Assembly: GCF_009914755.1 (NCBI RefSeq)
Contig: NC_060938.1
Length of the DNA: 64,000 bases
DNA from: the human T2T-CHM13v2.0 reference genome, Homo sapiens
Reading direction: 5' to 3' (one strand)
How positions within the stretch are numbered: the first letter of the stretch is position 1; each line of letters opens with the position of its first letter. This document shows positions 25,285 to 40,862 of this stretch, one piece after another. A model generated the notes under the pieces. The model searched no databases and had not been told where the DNA came from. It was given only the letters and a program-made list of their open reading frames with translations. A program made the translations under genes and the position numbers.

Positions 25285-26539
25285 CTACTGACGATAATAT
25301 AATGTCTTTAGTCACTTTTGCTGTTTAGCACAACTTCTTGCTTCTTTTGATGACAGTGTCCACCTTCCTTAAGGGAACTGCTTTTCTTCCATTCAGTCAT
25401 GAGTTTCTGAGCACTGCCAACCACAATAGTTCTAATTGACCTAAACCAAGCCAATTAGAGCATGCCCCTGGAATTTTTCTAAGGGGGAAAAAAATCTCTT
25501 TTCCTGTTGGATGATGGTGATGGAAGGCTATGGTCCCCCATCACTGGAAGTCCTGTTCTCCTCCACCGGAGAAAAGTGAGAGAATGACTAACAGATCATA
25601 GAAGCAGAGATAAGAAGTTTACACCCCATGTTCCATTCCCTGTGGCCCTTGGGACTGCCCTTCCCATTCCTCTCTTGTATTCCACTTCAAGCTACAGGTC
25701 TTGCATTTGCAATGAAAAGAATCCTGACTCCTTGATTGCTTCTAGGGGTTAGAATTGTGTGGGTAGGAAAGAAGATAGATGTGGGAGCTTTTCTATTGCT
25801 TAAAAACATTTTTTGTAACAACATGCATAAATTACTTTTATAATAAAAATGCCAGTAGAAATAACAAGGAATTTATCGTGAGAAAATCTGTGCAAGGGAC
25901 ATTGAACAATATAGAGATCAGTACCTCAGAAAAGACTTTAAAGCAAATGCTCCAGGGTTTTGTTCATGTCTCTTTCTCATATTGGGCTTTGTTAAAATCT
26001 GAGAATAACACTGAAGAGGTACTCAGTGAAGGAACCAAGTTAATGTGGTAACTTATACTAGATTACATGGTAGAATATTTAGAGAAGTGGACAGAGAATA
26101 AATCTCAGGCTATCAACCTTTCAACTCAATGGCCTTCCACCAGAACTGGAGAGCAGTCAATCCCAGGTGAACTTTTCTGGTGAGAAGTAAGTGTGCATAT
26201 ACTGTTGAAGGTACAGTGATATGATTTGGATTAAAGATGAGCATATGGCAGGGGTGACATATTTGGTTCTGCTCTTACCTGAATGAAGGGTCACGTCACT
26301 TGCAAATGGAGGTGAGTCACTCAGGTGTTTATGGTGGGGTCACGTTTTTCTTCAAGAGGCAACTTCAGATCTGCTCAAATCCTTGTAAATATTTCCCTGA
26401 GACCACAGGGTAGCTTAAGATGGATACAGCACATCATAGAGAAAAGAGACTTGAACTCTACCCTTCTTCAGCGTGACTCCCTGATACCTATAACCTCAGC
26501 AACCTCCCAATGCATCTACAGATCCACAGATTTAACTGC

Positions 26540-27150
26540 TCTTTAGACAAATATGTTGGAAGTACTTCAAAGTCAACATTCTGAAGCTGAACTTATTAAA
26601 TATTCCTGTAAACATGTCTATATTTTTTGTTCCTTCTCTGGTTGTAGGATATCTCTATCTATGCAGTCATCCTAGTCAGGAATCTGGGAACTAGTCTAAA
26701 TTTCTCCTTTCCCCTCACTCTCAATGTATAATTGCCTCTTTGCTTAAAATATTTATAGATTTTTGTCTTCTCCTTTCCATCTCAACTATCTATTTTTGGT
26801 TCCACCTGGTAATTTTTCCTAAGATTAATTAATTGGTGAATCAATTAATTCAACAAGTACTTATTGAGCATCTGTTGTGTGTCAAGCACTGTGCTAGGCT
26901 CTGAGGATTCAGTGGTGAGCAAAACCGACTGACCCTGTCTTCATGAAGCTTGTAGTCTAGAGAGTTACTGCAATGCGTCTCAACTGGGCTCCCTGCCTCA
27001 AAAACACATGCTCAGTCTATCCCTCTTAGTACTGCTTGAGCTCTTTCTAAAATAAAACTCCAAAATGCAAATCTGAGCTAAGTGTATTACTTTCAGGATA
27101 AAATACAGACTTCATAGCCTGGCACACAAGTCAGTCATGACCTGGCTCTG
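26540..27150. mobile_element. L2 remnants in both orientations
   Basis: ttcaacaagtacttattgagcatctgttgtgtgtcaagcactgtgctagg is an L2 3' end, within further L2-like sequence. Confidence 0.6.
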
Positions 27151-27445
27151 CCTTTAGTCTCATTTTTTTTTTTTTTTTAACTATAGTAGCATAAAGAGTG
27201 ATTAAAGAGTGAACCTTCCTCCAAAGCCATTGCTGAACATTACTCTCATTATTTATGCCAGGCCTCACAGTAGGGTAAAATCACTAGATAGTCTGTATAA
27301 GGATATGAAAAGAAATAATATTTCCTTTCCTCTCTGTTTTAAAACTTCATATTTTGTTTCCCAGCTCAGAAAGTAATGGACTCAGGTAGTTGATTTGGAA
27401 GTTCCTTTGCCCTTTATGAAGTACTCTCTTAAAGGAGGGTTTATA

Positions 27446-27837
<392 letters not shown>

Positions 27838-28212
27838 TTAAAACAATGACATGTGCAATAGCAACAAAAAATGTAAGGTACTGAGAATATATTTACCAAA
27901 AGGTATGCAGCACTTTAAAGGAGTTAATTGTAAAACTTTACTAAGGAATATAAAATAGAACTAAGTAAATGGAGATATGTAGTAAGTTTACAGTAAGAAG
28001 ACTCAGTATTGATGTAATTTTTTTCCAAAGTAACCCATAAAGTTGATTTCTCTATTAGGAGTTCCAGTCTTTTTTTCTTGAAACTTGACAAGTTGAAACT
28101 AAAATTAATATGGAATAATAAAATGCTAAGAAGAGCCAAAACAATTAAAAAAATAAGTGAGGGGAGGGTTATCTTATTGTATAACAAGATTTAATAAGAA
28201 GTGAGAGCAATT

Positions 28213-28559
<347 letters not shown>

Positions 28560-28977
28560 TTAGACTATAGATAGATGTGAGATGTTAGAATGTAACAGAG
28601 GTGCCAGTATAAATCAAGAAGAAAATTACAGACCATTTAATAAATGATGCTGGGACAATTGGCTATCTATATGGAAAAGAATTGGGTATTAGTTTCATAC
28701 CACAAACAAAACTAAATTCTAGAAATATTAAAGACCTGGAAGAGAACTAAAACTAAAACTAAAACTTTAAAAACTTGAGGGCATCTTTAATCTCCAGGTT
28801 GGGAAGGAATTTTTTACATGAAAATCACAAGTCAGATAGGGAAAATAAATATGTTAACCATATTAAAATTTGCATGCAAAAGGCACCATAAAGTTAAAAT
28901 TAGCCATTTTGAGAAGATATTTGCAATATATTATCTGAAACTGAATTCATGAACTGTTACTAAAAAATGTGCCTGAA

Positions 28978-29160
28978 TTTCTTTCTCTTTCTTTTTGCTT
29001 CTTTTCTTTTTTCCCTCCCTCCCTCCTTCCCTTCTTCCTTCCTTCATTCCTTCCTTCCTTCCCTCCTTCCTTTCTTCCTTCCTTCCCTCTTTCCTTCCTT
29101 CCTTCCCCCCTCCTCCTCCCTCCCTTCCTTTCTTTCTTTCTCTCTTTTCTTTCTTTTTTA
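28978..29160. repeat. Polypyrimidine (CTTC)n/(CTTT)n low-complexity tract
   Basis: About 180 bp of nearly pure pyrimidines. Confidence 0.95.
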
Positions 29161-29771
29161 CTTCTGCAGCTCCAACATGTATCTTTATTTTCTCTCTGTA
29201 TGAAGAATACTATTATCTACTCAGTAATCCAAGCCAGTGACTAACATATGAAATAAATTAAGAGGCAAATCAAAAAACAGAACAATAAAAGGGCAAATGA
29301 TATAAGAGGTCAAATCATAGAAGAAGAAATCCTCCTGGTTAATATATAAAAGATATTCAACTTCACCTTTGGTAAGGTAAATGCAAATTAACGCTATAAG
29401 GCATTACTTCATGCCCATGAGATTGGCAAATTTTTTAAGTCTGGTGATACCAAGCATTGGCAGGAATGTGCTGAAGGAGGAGATGTTTTATGATGAGGGA
29501 AAGCAATTTGGCAAGACCTGATAAAGTGGAAGATGTACAGTCTTTAGTGATTCCACTTTCATTTTGTTAGTGTATTTTTGTAATAGCAAAAACTTGTAAC
29601 ACCTGAAACTTCCTTGAGAGATGGAGTGGATGGATGCATTATTGTGTATTCACATATTTATTGTAATTACTAATATATTTAGGATATGTATGCTGTCTTA
29701 TCCTTTACATTTGTCCCATGTTCTCTGTTCCCTTTTTTCCTCCTTATTTTTGTCTTTTTAATGAATTAAAC

Positions 29772-30075
29772 TTTTTTTTTTTTTTTTTTTTTTGAGACAG
29801 AGTCTCACTCTGATGCCCAGGCTAGAATGTAATGGTGTGATCTTAGCTCACTGAAAGCTCCACCTCCCAGGTTCAAGTGATTCTCCTGCCTCAGCCCCCT
29901 GAGTAGCTGGTACTGCACGTGCACGCCACCATGCCCAGCTAATTTTTGTATTTTTAGTAGAGATAGGGTTTCACCATGTTGGCCAGTCTGGTCTCAAACT
30001 CCTGATCTCAAGTAATCCGCCCACCTCGGCCTCCCAAAGTGCTGGGATTACAGGTGTAAGCCATCGCACCCATCC
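29772..30075 (-). mobile_element. AluS-type element
   Basis: Antisense dimer with TSD tgaattaaac. Confidence 0.95.
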
Positions 30076-30222
30076 TGAATTAAACATTTTAAAGATTTTA
30101 TTTACTCCCTCTATTAGCTCATTAGTTTTGCCCTTGTGCTATTCTTTTATTGGTTAACCTTGAGATTACATGTGTCCTTGGCTAATTAGATCTACTACAA
30201 ATTATATAGTAAGACATCGTAG

Positions 30223-30553
<331 letters not shown>

Positions 30554-31159
30554 TAAACCATTACTTTAAATATATAAATTAGCAGAGTAAAACATATCAA
30601 AATGAGTAACACTGTTGGAATTTAACTTGCTCAGAAAACCATACCTGATTCCTGTTGTTAGATAGTTAAAGCACACTAGAATTATTTGTATTACTGTCTC
30701 TGAAATAAAGAATGAAGCTGTCTGTAGAAAACACATTCATAGATTTTTATAAAGCCATAAAACTCAGCAATGAGGAAGCCTGACTTGTAAACCTTTCCTC
30801 CATTGACGTCATTAACATTTTTTTTGGTCTGGAAATTATTAAAAATTCTTTTCTAGGATTTCCTAACTTCCATAGCTCTACTGGTGAATAATAGTTTCTT
30901 TATGGCCTGAACTCACTGAATCATGAAAATCTTACCTAGGGTTCAGGTAAGAATTTTCCTATACTAAACTCTCTCTATCCATTAACTCTGTAGTCTCACC
31001 AGTGTGGATTTTATAAAATGAAGAGTCAAGTTGAGTTAGTGGAAGGAACATGGAATAGGAGTTCAGATAGTTCAGATTTCTAGTTTCTAGTCTTACTCTG
31101 CTACTGACTGTGATTTGGATAATACAGACTTCTCTGGGCCTCTGTTTCCTTATGAAAGT

Positions 31160-31505
31160 AGGTAGATTTTATTTTCTAAAGATGGCGTACCAATGAATAT
31201 ATCCCATCTCACATTTTCTTCTTACAGTGTGACTGGCACTCTCCTGACTAAGAGGTGGGAGTCTGTGTTTTCTTCTCTTAATCTGGGCAGGAACTTGTAA
31301 CTACTACTATTACAGCAGAAGTGATGCTATGTTACTTCTGAGGCTAGATCATTAAAAAAAAAAAAAAAAAAAAAAAAGCAGCTTCCATTTGGCTTTCTCT
31401 TTTGGGACACTTGCTCTTGGAACCCAGCAATTCTACTGTGAGGAATCCAAATTAGCCCATGCAGAGAGACCAGACAGAGAGTGATGAGACCCATATGGAG
31501 AGGAA
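31160..31505 (+). mobile_element. MLT1-type MaLR LTR fragment
   Basis: gcagaagtgatgctatgttacttctgaggctagatcat...cttgctcttggaacccagc. Confidence 0.6.
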
Positions 31506-32916
31506 TTAGTTTTACCATTTCAGCTTCGATCTGTATTCTGCCTTCCAAATTCCTAGGTATTTCTGTAGAATTGATGTATATCTTGTTGGCTTTCCTTAAT
31601 GCAGGCATTTAGTTTTTAACTTTCTCTGGTCTGCTAGGTTACTGACTATTCATCCTTCTTTTTTCCAGATTCCAAGATTTTCTTTGTCTTTATCTTTCAT
31701 TCGCTGTTGTCTACTCTCCTGCACTCTTTATCCTTGAGACATCATGTCTTTTTATTTCTCTTAATTTGTTTAACAGTGTTAGGAATGAAACAGAGATAAA
31801 ACTTTGTATTCTATCCTCCATGGTTAACTGGCAGTGCTGTCTTTCTCTTTCTGGATTTATTTTACAACTGTATTTTCTTCTTTGGCCTCGCACGATCTTT
31901 GAGAGTTCTGACTGTAACAACTAATCAAACTTCCTGCAGGGTCAGAGGTTTGCTATGATGTTTCTAGTGAAAGACACTGTTAGGTGCTTTGTTTTAGTAG
32001 CCCATGCAGAACAGAGTGGGAATTAAAAGGCAACAAGTGATCACATACATGATCACTTGATTTTTTTTACAAAGGTGCAAAGGTAATTCAGTGGAGAAAG
32101 AATATTCTTTTCAACGAATGGTACTGGAACAATTAGATACTTGTATGCAAAATAAATAATAAATAAATAATCAACAAAACCCAAAACTGACCACATAACA
32201 ATTCATAACTTGTACCATATACAAATACGAGCTCAAAATGGATCATAGACCTAAATATAAAACCTAAAGCTGTAAAATATATAGACAAAAACATAGGCAA
32301 AAGCCTTTGTGACCTTGGATTAGGCAAAGATTTCTTAGGTGTAACACCAAAAATAAAAATCAGTAAGTTGGTCTTCGTTAAAATTAAGAACGTTTGCTCT
32401 TCAAAAAACACTGTGAAGAGAATGAAAATATAAGCCACAGACTGGGAGAAAATATTTGCAATCCACATACCTGATAAAGGACTTGTATTTAGAATATACA
32501 AAAATCTCTTAAAACACAACAATAAAAAAAATCAAAGGAATGAGTTGAAAATAGCCTTTTTGAACATCTATCAAAAAACAAAAACAAAGAATTGTTTTTT
32601 AAAAGTTGTTTTAAAAATATTTGAACAGACATGTCATCAAAGAAGATATGTAACGATAAATAAGTACATAAAAAATGCCCAACATCATTAGTTGTTAGGG
32701 AAATGGGAATGAAAACCACAACTGATACTATTATATTACATACATATTAGAATGTCTAACATTAAAAGGATCAACCATACCAAGTGTTGGTGAGGATATG
32801 GATCAACTGAGACTCTGTTACATTGCTGGTGGAAATGTAAAATGATGCAAACACTTTGAAAAACAGTTAAGCATATACCTACTCTATGATGCAGTCGTTC
32901 TACTCGTAGGTATTTA

Positions 32917-35467
32917 TTTATTTATTTATTTATTTATTTTTTTTTATTGATCATTCTTGGGTGTTTCTCGCAGAGGGGGATTTGGCAGGGTCATAGGACA
33001 ATAGTGGAGGGAAGGTCAGCAGATAAACAAGTGAACAAAGGTCTCTGGTTTTCCTAGGCAGAGGACCCTGCGGCCTTCCGCAGTGTTTGTGTCCCTGGGT
33101 ACTTGAGATTAGGGAGTGGTGATGACTCTTAACGAGCATGCTGCCTTCAAGCATCTGTTTAACAAAGCACATCTTGCACTGCCCTTAATCCATTTAACCC
33201 TGAGTGGACACAGCACATGTTTCAGAGAGCACAGGGTTGGGGATAAGGTCACAGATCAACAGGATCCCAAGGCAGAAGAATTTTTCTTAGTACAGAACAA
33301 AATGAAAAGTCTCCCATGTCTACTTCCCTATCCACACAGACCCGGCAACCATCTGATTTCTCAATTTTTTCCCCACCCTTCCCGCCTTTCTATTCCACAA
33401 AACCGCCATTGTCATCATGGCCCATCCCCAATGAGCCGCTGGGCACACCTCCCAGACGGGGTCGTGGCCGGGCAGAGGGGCTCCTCACTTCCCAGTAGGG
33501 GCGGCCGGGCAGAAGCGCTCCTCACCTCCCGGATGGGGCGGCTGGCCGGGCGGGGGGCTGACCCCCCCACCTCCCTCCCGGACAGGGCGGCTGGCCAGGC
33601 AGAGGGGTCCTCACTTCCCAGTAGGGGCGGCCGGGCAGAGGCGCCCCTCACCTCCCGGACGGGGCGGCTGGCCAGGCGGGGGGCTGATCCCCCCACCTCC
33701 CTCCCGGACGGGGCGGCTGGCCAGGCAGAGGGGCTCCTCACTTCCCAGTAGGGGCGGCCGGGCAGAGGCGCCCCTCACCTCCTGGATAGGGCGGCTGGCC
33801 GGGCGGGGGGCTGATCCCCCCACCTCCCTCCCGGACGGGGCGGCTGGCCGACCCCCCCCCCCCCCGCCTCCCTCCCGGACGGGGCGGCTGGCCAGGCAGA
33901 GGGGCTCCTCACTTCCCAGTAGGGGCGGCCGGGCAGAGGCGCCCCTCACCTCCTGGATAGGGCGGCTGGCCGGGCGGGGGGCTGATCCCCCCACCTCCCT
34001 CCCGGACGGGGCGGCTGGCCGACCCCCCCCCCCCCGCCTCCCTCCCGGACGGGGCGGCTGGCCAGGCAGAGGGGCTCCTCACTTCCCAGTAGGGGCGGCC
34101 GGGCAGAGGCGCCCCTCACCTCCTGGATAGGGCGGCTGGCCGGGCAGGGGGCTGACCCCCCCTCCCCCCTCCCGGACGGGGCGGCTGGCCGGGCGGGGGG
34201 CTGACCCCCCCACCTCCCTCCCGGATGGGGCGGCTGGCCAGGCGGGGGGCTGACCCCCCCACCTCCCTCCCGGACGGGGCGGCTGGCCGGGCAGAGGGGC
34301 TCCTCACTTCCCAGTAGGGGCGGCCGGGCAGAGGCACCCCTCACCTCCCGGACGGGGCGGCTGGCCCGGCTGGGGGCTGATCCCCCCACCTCCCTCCCGG
34401 ACGGGGCGGCTGGCCGGGCGGGGGGCTGACCCCCCCACCTCCCTCCCGGACGGGGCGGCTGGCCGGGCAGAGGGGTCCTCACTTCCCAGTAGGGGCGGCC
34501 GGGCAGAGGCGCCCCTCACCTCCCGGACGGGGCGGCTGGCCCGGCTGGGGGCTGATCCCCCCACCTCCCTCCCGGACGGGGCGGCTGGCCGGGCAGGGGG
34601 CTGACCCCCCCACCTCCCTCCCGGATGGGGCGGCTGGCCGGGCGGAGACGCTCCTCACTTCCCAGACGGGGTGGCTGCCGGACGGAGGGGCTCCTCACTT
34701 CTCAGACGGGGCGGTTGCCAGGCAGAGGGTTTCCTCACTTCTCAGACGGGGCGGCCGGGCAGAGGCGCTCCTCACATCCGAGACAGGGCGGCGGGGCAGA
34801 GGTGCTCCCCACATCTCAGACGATGGGCGGCCGGGCAGAGACGCTCCTCACTTCCTAGATGGGATGGCGGCGGGGAAGAGGCGCTCCTCGCTTCCTAGAT
34901 GGGATGGCGGCCGGGCAGAGACGCTCCTCACTTTCCAGACTGGGCAGCCAGGCAGAGGGGCTCCTCATATCCCAGACGATGGGCGGCCAGGCAGAGACGC
35001 TCCTCACTTCCCAGACGGGGTGGCGGCCGGGCAGAGGCTGCAATCTCGGCACTTTGGGAGGCCAAGGCAGGCGGCTGGGAGGTGGTTGTAGCCAGCCGAG
35101 ATCACGCCACTGCACTCCAGCCTGGGCACCATTGAGCACTGAGTGAACGAGACTCCGTCTGCAATCCCGGCACCTCGGGAGGCCGAGGCTGGCGGATCAC
35201 TCGTGGTTAGGAGCTGGAGACCAGCCCGGCCAACACAGCAAAACCCCGTCTCCACCAAAAAAAAACGAAAACCAGTCAGGCGTGGCGGCGCGCGCCTGCA
35301 ATCGCAGGCACTCGTCAGGCTGAGGCAGGAGAAACAGGCAGGGAGGTTGCAGTGAGCCGAGATGGCAGCAGTACAGTCCAGCTTCGGCTCGGCATCAGAG
35401 GGAGACCGTGGAGGGAGGGGGAGGGGGAGGGGGAGGGGGAGGGGGAGGGGGAGGGGGAGGGAGAGGG
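32917..35467 (-). mobile_element. Full-length SVA retrotransposon, probably SVA_E
   Basis: Hexamer head (35411-35467), Alu-like domain (~35040-35410), GC-rich VNTR (~33445-35035), SINE-R (~32947-33445) and tail. Perfect 17-bp TSD CTACTCGTAGGTATTTA at 32900-32916 and 35468-35484. The subfamily call rests on the remembered diagnostic cccatccccaatgagccgctgggcac. Confidence 0.97.
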
Positions 35468-35655
35468 CTACTCGTAGGTATTTACTCAAGAAAAAAATGA
35501 AAGCATGTGTCCATACAAAGACTTGTACACAAATGTTAATAGCAGTTAATAACCAAAAGCACCTGCAAATAACCCAAATTCACCTTCAACAGGTTAATAA
35601 ATTGTCATAGATTCAAACAATGGAACTACTTACTTATATGAACGACATGAATAAA

Positions 35656-35989
<334 letters not shown>

Positions 35990-37272
35990 TGAGAGTGAAA
36001 GAAGCCACACTAAAAAGAGTACATACTGTATGATTTTACTCATGTAAAGTTCTAGAAAATGTGAACTATAATGACAGAAAGCAGATTAGTGGTTGTCTGG
36101 GTATGGGTGAGGCAGGAGTAAGAAGGCAGGATTACAGCAGTGCAGGAAGAATCTTTTGGAAGTGAAGATTATGTTCATTATCTTGATATGGGCAATTTTT
36201 TCACCTATGTACACATGTTAAAACTTACCAAATTGTATGCTTTCAATATGTATGGTTTATTAAATGACAATTATACCTCAATAAAACTGTCAAAAAAGGG
36301 CAACTTAGTGAGAAATTCTGTCTCTGAAGAGTTAAAAGTTGTCATTAGAAAATGCTCCACTGACTTGAAGTGTTTCTTGGTTCTCATTTGGAAATATAAA
36401 ATGATGACTAAAAGCTACTCAACATGCATGCCAAATTGAAGCTGATTAACCTCTGACCTTTCTACATCATTTAATGAGGCAGCATGCGCGCTGGCACGAA
36501 GAAGGTTCTGTCAAAATGCTGAGTTTGAGAGGATTCCTTTTCTGCAGCTCTTTGTTTTGCTCCCAGCCCACCTAATTTGACTCTTGTCGTGTTCATATGA
36601 GGCCGAGGGGCTTTCTGTGAATCCCAATCAGTCATAGTTGTTGGCAGAAGCAGCCTGGTAGAGAATGATAGTGTTGTGGTTTTTCGTGTATAAAAAGATG
36701 TGTGTGATCAACAGAAAATAAAATTTCCTTTTGTCTCTGGTCAGTACCATTTAACAATTATTATGGTATTTGAAGAAAACGTCAGCGTAGTCATTTTGTT
36801 TAGGTTATTTTGCATCCTGATGAACCAAGAAAAGAGAGTGAATGCAGAGATAGGTGTTGTGTGATAGAGAGCTGACTGAATTTTCTGTGCTGTACACAAA
36901 GACTGAAAACAAATTGCCCACAGATTGAAATAATTTCCATGGGGTCACACATGTCAACAACATCTTTCAGAATTGGTTTTCTTTCACGATGTCGTCCAGT
37001 TATGAAAACGAGCCTCACATGAAATATGCTCCAAGCCTTTTGAGGGCAACTTGGAGCTTTTAGGGATATGTCATTCTTTATATTATTTATTTCTATTACT
37101 GTTATCATCATGATTACTACCATCATTGGACATTTACTGATGTCACATGCAGAGATTAAAAAAACAGGTAAACTACACATTTAAAACAATGTGAAAATTA
37201 AGGCCCCTTTTTATAGCTTCATTTAATCATGTGATGTCTGTATATGATGAAGTATCTATAATTTTCACATAA

Positions 37273-38848
<1,576 letters not shown>

Positions 38849-38900
38849 AGCAATGGAAACATTCTAAAAATTAGTTTTTAAAAGGAATTTTAGTACAACA

Positions 38901-39342
<442 letters not shown>

Positions 39343-40548
39343 AATGTTAGTACAACAGTTATTGGATAATGACAATTAGTATCAGGTTAAAGCAAATCCT
39401 TCTAGGATCTTCCTATCATTATTACATAAAGTTGTTTAAAGGACTATAAAGATTGTTATGGGGAAAGGCCATGATGTAAGGTGATTTTCTTACTCATGCG
39501 CATGAATGAGGTACAAAACATAAACTCTTAGCAAGAAAGGACCACTTTGCCATCTATCTCACCTCTTTTAGCATGCATGCATACATTGAATAATACTCAT
39601 GGAGTAGCTACTATCTAGGAATACACATAGGTAATAAGCAATCACTTGGTAAGGAAATGGCAGCACGGAGGTATGACCTGGGTATTTGAAGGGGCACAGA
39701 GAAGACTCCTAACTTCATGTTGCAAAAGAGTGGTGGTGTTCAGAAAAGGCTTTCTGGATGTCTCAGCTAAGATCTGAAAGACAAATTGGTGTTACCAAGG
39801 TAGAAGGAGTTAGGAGGTAGAGGAAGATCGAGGCAGTGGCCAGCATGCATGAGCACTCAGAGGTTAGAAAGAGTGGCCTGACGTGTTTGTAGAGCTGAAT
39901 GTAGTCCTGTCTAGTTGGGGCACAGAATCTATGGAGGAATGGTGGGGCATGCAAGTGGGGAGGTAAACAAGGGTCAGAGTAAGACCTGCCATAAAGGTCA
40001 ATGTAGAGTCACTCAATGCAGTAGTTTAAGCAGGGGACTCACTTGTTCAGAATTTCATTCTAGGGAAGACTTAATGTTGTTTGTTAAGAAGAAAAACAAT
40101 TAGATTTGAAAACAGATGGTTTATAAAATATTATAACATTTTGTTAAATATATGAATATTAGCAAGTGTGATTTATCTAGCTCTTTTTAGATACATGTTT
40201 TGGGTAGTTTTCATTCTATTTCATTGTAATATGGCTTTTGAAATAGACTCATGTTCATGTGACTATATAATTCAGAATTTAAAACCACAGTTGAAAGGCT
40301 ATTTCCCTTGGACTTGAGGAGACAGAAGCCTCTCCCATTTTACTAAACTAAGAAAAAAAATCTTTATACATCAAACACATTAATAGTGTTCTCACAAACA
40401 CAGATTTCATGAAAACCAACTAAAATGAAATAGAAAAGAGGGCAGAATGCTGTTATACTTACTTATTATGTTAGTTGAGTTTGTATTTTTTGACTTAATA
40501 AGGAAAACTCAGTATATTTGGGAAGTGGAAATTAAGATGTCTAATATC

Positions 40549-40680
40549 TGTGTGTGTGTGTGTGTGTGTATGTATATATATACACACACATATATATGTG
40601 TGTGTATATATATACACATATGTGTGTGTATATATATACATATATATGTGTATGTGTGTATATATATATACACATATATA

Positions 40681-40714
<34 letters not shown>
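40549..40714. repeat. Compound TG/TA/CA microsatellite
   Basis: About 165 bp of alternating purine-pyrimidine sequence. Confidence 0.97.
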
Positions 40715-40742
<28 letters not shown>

Positions 40743-40862
40743 GTAAAGACAAGTTCATGCTATGTTGCCCAGGCTGGTCTAGAAACTCCTTGACTCAAGC
40801 AATCCTCCCGCCTTGGACTCCCAAAGTGGTAGGATTACAGGCATAAGCTACCATGCCCAGCC
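40715..40862 (-). mobile_element. FLAM / Alu monomer
   Basis: Poly-T followed by a single antisense arm. Confidence 0.88.

Noticed and set aside
28967-29244. Hydrophobic Phe/Leu/Pro/Ser ORFs resembling membrane proteins (also 40447-40846 and 50725-51121)
   Set aside because: They are translations of simple repeats.
30804-30811. Single palindromic CRE (TGACGTCA)
   Set aside because: One isolated 8-mer in 64 kb is not informative.
33445-35467. CpG island suggesting a gene promoter
   Set aside because: It lies entirely inside the SVA.
33116-35610. Many Pro/Arg/Gly-rich ORFs, including MVMTLNEHAAFKHLF...
   Set aside because: These are typical chance ORFs of the SVA SINE-R, VNTR and Alu-like domains.
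37033-37050. Histone stem-loop-like GCCTTTTGAGGGC
   Set aside because: It does not fit the 6-bp stem / 4-nt loop consensus, and there is no upstream histone sequence.
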